DNA from: Trichoplax adhaerens
Taxonomy: Eukaryota > Animalia > Placozoa
DNA: 7,031 bases
NCBI RefSeq assembly: GCF_000150275.1
Contig: NW_002061259.1
Span: 1-7,031, forward strand
Direction: 5' to 3'
Positions 1 to 7,031 of the stretch are shown here, one piece after another (the stretch's first letter is position 1; each line of letters opens with the position of its first letter). The notes under the pieces were generated by a model, which made no database searches, was not told where the DNA came from, and saw only the letters and a list, made by a program, of their open reading frames with translations. The position numbers were made by a program, and so were the translations under genes.

Positions 1-192
1 TGAGGATGATGAAGTTTCAGGAAGAGCATTGTCGATTTTACGTCAAATGTAGTAAATGTAGTGAACAGATACCCATAGTCAAAGAATACAAAAAAGAAGA
101 TGAAAATTTGATTCGATGCCAACATTGTAAAAACGTACTTTCTAGTCAATCTCTGAACGATTGGATAATTTATAAGGAAGAGCTATGGAACG
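1..192 (+). CDS. Coding exon (5'-truncated by window) with CxxC-x19-CxxC; resembles the Cys-rich C-terminal end of invertebrate COR (Roco-type) domains or a zinc ribbon
   Basis: Open frame RMMKFQEEHCRFYVKCSKCSEQIPIVKEYKKEDENLIRCQHCKNVLSSQSLNDWIIYKEELWN, with Cys codons at 48, 57, 117 and 126. Good donor CG|GTAAGG at 193 (phase 1). The hydrophobic ORF tail 193-308 is read as intron read-through. The COR assignment is by motif impression only. Confidence 0.65.
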
Positions 193-876
193 GTAAGGAT
201 GTGAAAGCAATTCTTGGCTTGATTGTTGTTGCTATCATTATTTCCGTCAAAATAGTGTGTTTTGACAAAATTTCTGCATTAGTATTCTTTAAGCTAAATT
301 TTCAATAATTATGATTGGAGTTTCTATTCTATTCAACCATTATCTAAATCTCATCTTAGAATACCGTATAGTAAAAGCATTGATATAATAAAGCAGAATG
401 ATTTGCTAAAACAGTTAACGAGACGAGAATGCATGCTATCTTTTAGGTAAATTTGCATATTACTCTACCTTGGCATAATATTCAACAATTAGTTAGCTGC
501 AATAATATTTTCTGATTTTGTATATTTTTGTTACTGAAAATGTATTATGGATTGCAATATTTCAAAATGAATACTTCATCTACTGCATTTCATTTGTGTA
601 GTAAATAGAAACGGCTGGATTTTATTTATCGCTGCTTCCTATAGTATTTTGTTTTTTAACGTTAGTACACGATAAGTCATTAATATTGAACTGTTTAATA
701 GCCAATTAGTTTCATCGTCTTATGCAGCGTATAGAAATTAATATAGATAGCATTCCCTGCGTATAAAAACACCTAAAAGGATAAAGGGAGAAAACTATCT
801 TCGTAAACTCTTTAGAGAAACATGTCATATATTTCACTTGCATGGCTGCAAATCTATCATCTATTTTAAAATAATT

Positions 877-976
877 ACGATAGGGCTACTAATTGATTAT
901 TCCTATTTTCACCTCATTTCTTTAGAGAAAAAGATATATAGAGAAGATAAAGGTGAGCCTCCACTGAATTGATATC
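877..976 (+). repeat. Direct repeat 1, copy 1 (microexon plus intron flanks)
   Basis: Ungapped alignment to 4381-4480 (offset 3504), about 75/100 identities by hand count. Confidence 0.85.
926..952 (+). CDS. 27-nt symmetric (phase 1-1) microexon, (E)KKIYREDK
   Basis: Branch-like TACTAAT at 887-893, polypyrimidine tract and TTTAG acceptor (AG 924-925), strong donor AAG|GTGAGC at 953. A paralogous copy with conserved splice signals lies at 4430-4456. Confidence 0.75.
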
Positions 977-1311
977 ACACAAGTACTACCAAAGCGTAAA
1001 AAGCCAAATTCTGTTCAGTAAAATGTGTTTTGTAATAGTCTTCTTTGAATTAAAGTATATTTTTCAATAAGTTCTCACACTCTGTATTTTTAAAGAGAAT
1101 AGCTTGCAGTTAGTATAACAACATTGAGTTAAGTAAATCACACTATATTACAATCATTTAAGCCAAAAGAGTACGTACTTTTAACGTTTAACGATGTTAT
1201 AATACTTTATAAAAATGTTGAGCGCTTGCATGCATAGTAGCGAATGAGATTATACTTTGTTTCTTTAATGGCTGATGATACTGTATCTTTGTAATGTCGA
1301 TTCAACTCTAG

Positions 1312-1428
1312 AACAAGAATCAGACGAAACTGAGAAACTCAATGCTAGTTGTGCACCCGGAATTCGATTTGAAGTCTCTGTCGATTCTAATAAAACTGTT
1401 GAGATAGAAATGGACGAACCCAATTCTT
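1312..1428 (+). CDS. 117-nt symmetric exon, acidic linker EQESDETEKLNASCAPGIRFEVSVDSNKTVEIEMDEPNS
   Basis: Acceptor CTCTAG ending 1311, consensus donor GTAAGT at 1429, open phase 1-1 frame, higher GC than flanks. Confidence 0.75.
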
Positions 1429-1717
1429 GTAAGTTGTACTGTGGCTAACATTTTTTTACTATTTTAAGTGACAATACAGTAAAATCTATCGCATACTACA
1501 ATAGCAGCGACTTACCTGATTTGTAAGATGGAGTCATTTAATTGGTTTGTATAGCAAGCGCTTTCAACAATTGCAACTTAGAAAGAGGAATATTCTTGAT
1601 TTAGTGTAGAGAGAATCGTTCATTCTTGCTACATTCAATTTTCTATTAACTGTTTCATATGATGTACCGTAAGTAGCCGCTGATCCTATTTTTGCAAATA
1701 AAATAAAATTATTGTAG

Positions 1718-1963
1718 CTGCCAAGGAGTATAACAGCAAAATCGCAAAAGATATTGGAACGGAGCGGAAAACTTTGGCAAGAGAATTTGGAATTGATCAA
1801 CGCGACATCGACAAAATTATAGCTGAAAATAATGGATCAGTTGACGATCAATGTGCGCAAATGTTGAGTATGTATGCGAGTAGGAAAGGTCGGAGTTACA
1901 CAAAGAGAGCATTAGTTGAAGCACTCTTTAAAAGCGGGCTGCGCTCTGTAGCTGAAGATCATT
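1718..1963 (+). CDS. Death domain exon (DD-A), 246 nt, phase 1-1
   Basis: SAKEYNSKIAKDIGTERKTLAREFGIDQRDIDKIIAENNGSVDDQCAQMLSMYASRKGRSYTKRALVEALFKSGLRSVAEDH follows the death-domain pattern (IA..IG..wK.LAR.lG....I..I.......dQ...ML..w....G...T...L..AL...Gl..vA). Acceptor TTGTAG ends 1717; donor GTATGT at 1964. Confidence 0.9.
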
Positions 1964-1971
1964 GTATGTGT
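1801..1971 (+). repeat. Direct repeat 2, copy 1 (DD-A 3' part and donor)
   Basis: 3 mismatches in 171 nt versus 5711-5881 (offset 3910). Confidence 0.97.
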
Positions 1972-2026
1972 CTAAGTTATGCAATGTTTATTTACCTTTT
2001 TAGAGGATCGAATCGTTAGCAGTATT

Positions 2027-2252
2027 ATTATTTTAGTGAACATACTTTCTAGATATGGGAGTTAACAGTAAACTTTATAGACGTCGATATTTTTATACCT
2101 TTGATATTTATAAATTTGCTAACTTGTGCTTAAAACTGTATACGAGTATTTTCAAAAGTTGCATTTATTACGGTACATCTACTGTATTCCGCAATAAGAA
2201 TTTTGTTAAAATTCTTACAAAGCTAACTGAAATTTTTCTTTAGTTTTATCAT
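2027..2252 (+). repeat. Direct repeat 3, copy 1 (intronic)
   Basis: Ungapped match to 6806-7031 (offset 4779). 13 mismatches counted over 2033-2252, about 94% identity. Confidence 0.97.
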
Positions 2253-2396
2253 TTTGGATTTAAAGTATTAAGAGAGATAAGAACAATAGTGATATTTACA
2301 GTTAAAATTTGGCATTAAAATTAAAAGGAGAAACATTGAATTGTCAGTCATAGGTTCTGTCGATTAAACTTTTTTATTTTCACGTCATTCTTAAAG

Positions 2397-2465
2397 CTGC
2401 CGAGCCATTGCAAAATCTAAAGAAAGATGACGAACTATCTAATAGCGCTGACCGAGAAATCCAAG
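2397..2465 (+). CDS. 69-nt symmetric linker exon SAEPLQNLKKDDELSNSADREIQ, putative GC donor
   Basis: T-rich tract then TTAAAG acceptor ending 2396, open phase-1 frame with higher GC, ends CAAG|GCATGT followed by very AT-rich sequence. Confidence 0.55.
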
Positions 2466-2859
2466 GCATGTTTATTGATAGATAATATAAAAATATATAA
2501 ATATAAACATAGAATATTTGCAATGATGATATCTATGGTGTAATTTATATCGCTTAATTTATTTTGTTAAGTGAAGGGATGTTATGTATGTAAGAATACA
2601 GTAACCTGTTTTACTGCACCTAACGTGTTAGCATAAGTTAAGGTATAATACGTCATTACGGCTATACTATTTAAATGCAGTAAATCCTAAATAAAAGAGA
2701 CTTTTAGTAAGCTTACTAGGAGGAGTGTATCAAAGTCTCTCGTGCTTACGTTAACGACTAAGAGTGGAAACACAACGGATAACAGCTGCTTTAATATAAG
2801 AAAAGTGAATGGCTGAACATGTTGTTGTTATTAATGTTCTTCTATTACTTTTGAGCCAG

Positions 2860-2931
2860 ATAATAATCTTAGATCAGGAAAAAGAAAGAAGAATCCAGCG
2901 AAATGTCATTTATTTCCAGGAATGCATCCAG
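2860..2931 (+). CDS. 72-nt symmetric linker exon DNNLRSGKRKKNPAKCHLFPGMHP
   Basis: Pyrimidine tract 2837-2852, CCAG acceptor ending 2859, donor CAG|GTTAAT at 2932. Phase 1-1 matches the phase required by the next exon. Confidence 0.55.
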
Positions 2932-3180
2932 GTTAATTTTGTTTTGATTGGAGATAGGAGTGTAGTTTTCGACGGTATCTTTCTATCCACAAATTTTTCT
3001 CTCTAAATTGTAGTCCCATTATGTAATGACAGAGCTATTCTATTTATTAGTGCATTAAAATCGAAGAGTACTTTTAACTAGAAGAAACACAGGCATAGGA
3101 GAACATTTCTTGTCATTGACAGTACTTTCTAAATCATCAATTTCATTTCTATTCTTATATAACGTCAACTATCGCAACAG

Positions 3181-4136
3181 CCAAAGCTGGCTATCCAAAG
3201 GTATCGAATAACTGCCAAGTTAATCAAGATCATGATTTAACCTTGCCTGAAGTACCTGGATTAAAATTTCATCTTCCAGCTCAGTGTATAACAACTGAGG
3301 CCACCCTAACCATGACTGTATACTATGCAGATCCACCTTATAATCAAGGTTTACCAATTCAGAAAGATTCTGATGGTAACCGCTTTATCCAGTTATCGCC
3401 AATCGTTCGCCTCGAGCCGGATGGGTATCAATTTACCCCTAATAGCACAAGGAAAGCTTTACTTCAAGTCCCCGTTCCATATATCAACCAGATAGTTTCA
3501 CTTAAGAAAAACAACAACTTTAATATCCCAATAAAGATCATTTGTCGAAGCTACGGATGTGAGAAGTGGGAACAGCAAGATATAGAGTATGAATATAGCC
3601 GCGATAAAAATGGATATTATTGCCTTACTTTTGCAGTAAGCCATTTCTCTGAATATGCCGTCATTTCCCGCGTCAAATCTTTCATTTATTCAGCCTTCAA
3701 GTATATCTTGCCATCTAGGCAGCAACGAATTAAAACGTTAGCTTTCCTATCCGAAATAGACACAAGTGATGATACTGTCCATATGAAATTAATCTTAGCT
3801 AAAAAAGATGTAGATGAAACTGCTATCTTGTCAGATTTTCATCAGGAAGTTATTAGGATACGTTTAGTTACGACTGGACTTGAAAATACTATTCTAAAAA
3901 ATGGTGATTACGAAGCTAAATTTAAGGAAGACGGTTTAGATTGTCCGAATGCTGATTTAAATAATCGGATAATTACTATCAATTGGAATGAGTATAGCTA
4001 TCATGCTATCGATTACGCTTGCAAGGTTATCAAAAAAGCAGCTATTAATATAGCTCAAATCTCTCTAAAGCTTAAAGACCCGAAGCGAGACACCAAGGCA
4101 AAGATTTGCTACTTGCGCAGATCAAATTCCAACAAG
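3181..4136 (+). CDS. Large exon encoding a PIDD/UNC5/ankyrin-type ZU5 domain (~3181-3670, with HFS motif) followed by a probable UPA-like beta domain (~3720-4120)
   Basis: The 304-aa ORF extends in frame up to acceptor CAACAG at 3180 (phase 1). ZU5 hallmarks are GLKFHLPAQCI, LSPIVRLEPDGYQF, LLQVPVP, KWEQ and FAVSHFSEYAVI. Donor AAG|GTAAAT at 4137 (phase 0); read-through would stop at 4155-4157. The UPA call is positional and based on alternating hydrophobic strands. Confidence 0.85.
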
Positions 4137-4241
4137 GTAAATGAACAACATCTATAATCAATCTTCAAGTTGTGAAGTATATAGACTCTGTTTAATTTAC
4201 TAAGTAAAGTTTGTCATGTTTGGCGGCCCAACCCATCAAAG

Positions 4242-4302
4242 CATACAGATACAGAAAAGCTGCCTGTTCTACCCACTAAAGAGCATTCAGCATCACCAGA
4301 TG
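4242..4302 (+). CDS. Short linker exon HTDTEKLPVLPTKEHSASPD (phase 0 to 1); 5' boundary uncertain
   Basis: GC-richer open frame ending at donor GATG|GTAATT (4303). AAG ending 4241 is the first phase-0-compatible AG. Together with 3181-4136 it totals 1017 nt, restoring phase 1. Confidence 0.45.
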
Positions 4303-4380
4303 GTAATTTTGTAATAGCGTAAACAATAGTTGATTATTATCAAACATTATGGGCACTAATTTACTGTATTGATTACTTAA

Positions 4381-4480
4381 ACGATACAACTACTAATCGA
4401 TTGTGGCTATTTTTATTCCACTACTTTAGACCAAAGGAAAGATACCAAAGATAAAGGTAAACCTCTATTGAATTGATATC
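4381..4480 (+). repeat. Direct repeat 1, copy 2
   Basis: Matches 877-976, including TACTAAT, CTTTAG, AAGATAAAGGT and TGAATTGATATC. Confidence 0.85.
4430..4456 (+). CDS. 27-nt symmetric microexon (D)QRKDTKDK, paralog of 926-952
   Basis: TACTAAT at 4391-4397, CTTTAG acceptor ending 4429, donor AAG|GTAAAC at 4457. Confidence 0.7.
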
Positions 4481-5089
4481 TATCAATCATTCTCAATTGC
4501 ATTTAGTAATCCAATTGTAGATCGATTCAAATATGATTAAGAGCAATTACTCCGTGTAAATTCTAACATAGGAATACCTTACCTCGTCAATGGATGTAAT
4601 TCTTTAAGCTACGTTTGCCACTGATGATATGATCGCATACAGTTTTACTAGATAATGATATCACTGACGAATTTTTAAGATCGTCATTAGAATATTTAGC
4701 TACTAGTAAGCTACTTTTAAGCTTTTTTTTACGTTTTTTATTCATAGATATAGTAATTAATTTGCCCATTTAATCATAATAGTGACCAGAAGTGATTATT
4801 ATGTATGATATTATCGCACAAAGTTCTGTTAGCTAATTAGAATGCCAGCGAATATTTCAGATTATAATTAGAACATATAAACTACTACTCCACTACTTTA
4901 CTTGCGAGTATCCAACAATAAGTAAAATGAATTAGGTTAAATTAAAACAAATGTATCCACATTTAAATTATTGAGTCATATTGATAGCACACAGCTGGGT
5001 ATGCGGGTTCGGCTAGTCCATGATAAGATAATTTCAATTTGTAATTTTAAGATAACGTATGTGGTAATATGTTCATTCGTGCCTTATAG

Positions 5090-5266
5090 ATCCTAGAAAC
5101 TATTTTCACTCCATCGCTAGTTGTGTTGGTGTAGACTGGATAAAATTAGCTATAGTACTAGATCCAATGATTGATACTGAGGATATCGAAGCAAAACATC
5201 GTGGTCATACCTATAACAGTGCCATCCAATCGCTTAATCAGTGGTACAGAAAGAAATACCCAAATG
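5090..5266 (+). CDS. Death domain exon (DD-B), 3'-truncated by assembly gap
   Basis: Acceptor TTATAG ending 5089 (phase 1). DPRNYFHSIASCVGVDWIKLAIVLDPMIDTEDIEAKHRGHTYNSAIQSLNQWYRKKYPN contains both conserved death-domain Trp residues (5137, 5242). Confidence 0.85.
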
Positions 5267-5710
5267 NNNNNNNNNNNNNNNNNNNNNNNNNNNNNNNNNN
5301 NNNNNNNNNNNNNNNNNNNNNNNNNNNNNNNNNNNNNNNNNNNNNNNNNNNNNNNNNNNNNNNNNNNNNNNNNNNNNNNNNNNNNNNNNNNNNNNNNNNN
5401 NNNNNNNNNNNNNNNNNNNNNNNNNNNNNNNNNNNNNNNNNNNNNNNNNNNNNNNNNNNNNNNNNNNNNNNNNNNNNNNNNNNNNNNNNNNNNNNNNNNN
5501 NNNNNNNNNNNNNNNNNNNNNNNNNNNNNNNNNNNNNNNNNNNNNNNNNNNNNNNNNNNNNNNNNNNNNNNNNNNNNNNNNNNNNNNNNNNNNNNNNNNN
5601 NNNNNNNNNNNNNNNNNNNNNNNNNNNNNNNNNNNNNNNNNNNNNNNNNNNNNNNNNNNNNNNNNNNNNNNNNNNNNNNNNNNNNNNNNNNNNNNNNNNN
5701 NNNNNNNNNN
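5267..5710. other. Assembly gap (444 N)
   Basis: Run of N. Confidence 1.
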
Positions 5711-5873
5711 GGCGACATCGATAAAATTATAGCTGAAAATAATGGATCAGTTGACGATCAATGTGCGCAAATGTTGAGTATGTATGCGAGTAGGAAAGGT
5801 CGGAGTTACACAAAGAGAGCATTAGTTGAAGTACTCTTTAAAAGCGGGCTGCGCTCTGTAGCTGAAGATCATT
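5711..5873 (+). CDS. Second copy of death domain A exon (DD-A'), 5'-truncated by gap
   Basis: DIDKIIAENNGSVDDQCAQMLSMYASRKGRSYTKRALVEVLFKSGLRSVAEDH, with the same donor GTATGT at 5874. Confidence 0.85.
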
Positions 5874-5881
5874 GTATGTGT
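5711..5881 (+). repeat. Direct repeat 2, copy 2
   Basis: Differs from 1801-1971 only at 5711, 5722 and 5832. Confidence 0.97.
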
Positions 5882-6046
5882 AAAGTTGTTTCTACATGTA
5901 AAAATTTAAAAAGGAAAGCCAATGCTGTAAAAGAAGATGGTAAGCTTTTATGCTATAAACAGAAAGTGTTTATCAAGATTTTCTTCTCATTATTTACACA
6001 ATTTATGATAAACGAATTTTCATGGACTATTTTTAATTTACTGTAG

Positions 6047-6087
6047 ATACGATAGCGTATCTCAAGCGTAACACGACAAGACTCTGA
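6047..6087 (+). CDS. Candidate terminal coding exon YTIAYLKRNTTRL*
   Basis: T-rich tract and CTGTAG acceptor ending 6046, phase-1 frame to TGA 6085-6087, AATAAA at 6197-6202. Confidence 0.4.
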
Positions 6088-6196
6088 TTTCATATTAAAC
6101 TTTGCGTTATAACCCAAATCAGTTTTTTAGCGACGATTATCACCATCTATATCTCCGCAAAGATACTAATAGGGTATACTACTGGTGAAAGGTTGA

Positions 6197-6202
6197 AATA
6201 AA
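6197..6202 (+). promoter_or_regulatory. Candidate polyadenylation signal AATAAA
   Basis: Hexamer about 110 nt after the candidate stop. This is weak evidence in AT-rich DNA. Confidence 0.25.
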
Positions 6203-6805
6203 TAGTTTAATAGAAAATAGATTCATTACTTTGGACCATAAATCCTATAATAATACTATAGATATTACAGAGGAGCGTTAGATGTCATAAAGTAACGTAA
6301 GATATACTAACACTGCAACTATTGCAACTATCTAGATCTGAGGTAGATACGAGTATTAGCCGTATTTGTTAGCTTTAGAGATGTAGTCAATGTAGAAGGT
6401 AATATTGATTGTAAAATCAAATTCAACGTAGATGATAATAGTTCATGTGGTGTTAGACGATTGCAAAAAACATGATATACTAACAGAATCCAACAAATAT
6501 TCTGTCTTGAAAAAATTTAAAATCATATCAATTTTCATTCAATTACTTGACTAGAAATTTTCTCAAAATTTTTTATTGATTTACTGTACATATTCCTTGT
6601 TTGAATGTTCAAGTTCGCATTTTACATCCTAAATCGGACCGTGACTATACTGTGTTAATTGCACATAATTATTTAAACTTAGGAATGGGATCAAACAATT
6701 CTAAATGTTACCAACCATAATTAAGATACATAGCATTTACGTAGTACGATGAATAGTACATAGTCTAACATACTAGGCAATATATTAAAAAAAATTCACT
6801 GCTAG

Positions 6806-7031
6806 ATTATCTTAGTGAATATACTTTCTAGATATGGGAGTTCACAGTAAACTTTATAGATGTCGATATATTTATACCTTTGATATTTATAAATTTGCTA
6901 ACTTGTACTAAAAACTGTACACGAGTATTTTTAAGAGTTGCATTTATTACGGTACATTTGCTGTATTCCGCAATAAGAATTTTGTTAAAACTCTTACAAA
7001 GCTAACTGAAATTTTTCTTTAGTTTTATTAT
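6806..7031 (+). repeat. Direct repeat 3, copy 2 (runs off window end)
   Basis: Matches 2027-2252. Confidence 0.97.

Noticed and set aside
193-308. Transmembrane-like tail of ORF 6..308 (AILGLIVVAIIISVKIV)
   Set aside because: It begins right after a good GTAAG donor, and T-rich intron sequence commonly translates as hydrophobic. A retained-intron membrane isoform cannot be excluded but is unsupported.
360-446. Open frame IPYSKSIDIIKQNDLLKQLTRRECMLSF with donor-like AG|GTAAAT
   Set aside because: It would be phase 2-2, incompatible with the neighbouring phase-1 exons.
751-802. Possible exon HSLRIKTPKRIKGENYL
   Set aside because: It needs a phase-0 upstream donor that I could not find, and its splice sites are weak.
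1564-1800. Minus-strand 78-aa ORF
   Set aside because: Antisense to an intron and the DD-A exon, with no recognisable motif.
2055-2243. 62-aa ORF, also open in the duplicate at 6834-7022
   Set aside because: F/Y/K/I/L-rich translation typical of AT-rich intron. An open frame in a 94%-identical recent copy is weak evidence of coding.
2809-3006. 65-aa ORF with signal-peptide-like start
   Set aside because: The hydrophobic stretch is the polypyrimidine tract, and the frame is incompatible with the phase-1 ZU5 acceptor.
4587-4769. Minus-strand 60-aa ORF with poly-Lys
   Set aside because: Derived from intronic T-runs.
3181-5266. Assigning gene symbol PIDD1, UNC5 or ANK
   Set aside because: Only one ZU5 is visible, extra DDs are present, and no LRR, ankyrin or Ig domains are in the window, so orthology is not supportable.
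5158-6046. Long ORFs spanning the N run
   Set aside because: Artefacts of the assembly gap; only the DD portions are supported.
1-7031. Prokaryotic defence system, CRISPR array, RNA genes, or a species assignment
   Set aside because: Spliceosomal exon-intron structure and no repeat-spacer array or tRNA/rRNA signature seen. The compact AT-rich style is reminiscent of placozoan genomes, but taxonomy cannot be established from this window.

Overview
This is an AT-rich, intron-containing eukaryotic (probably invertebrate or early-branching metazoan) genomic window, not a prokaryotic one, so the six-frame ORFs are exon fragments or noise. Manual splice-site reading gives one + strand multi-exon model that enters from the left edge. 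Its order is: Cys4 (CxxC-x19-CxxC, COR-C-terminus-like) exon 1-192; 27-nt microexon 926-952; acidic linker 1312-1428; death domain A 1718-1963; linkers 2397-2465 and 2860-2931; a large ZU5 + UPA-like exon 3181-4136 carrying a PIDD1-type HFS autoproteolysis motif; linker ~4242-4302; a second 27-nt microexon 4430-4456; death domain B from 5090 (cut by a 444-N gap at 5267-5710); a ~98%-identical second copy of death domain A 5711-5873; and a candidate terminal exon 6047-6087. All but one of the visible modelled junctions are phase 1, and three internal duplications of different divergence are visible. The locus looks like an exon-shuffled, possibly self-cleaving, multi-death-domain PIDD-like scaffold. 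Domain calls come from motif recognition by eye, and exon connectivity is inferred without transcript data.
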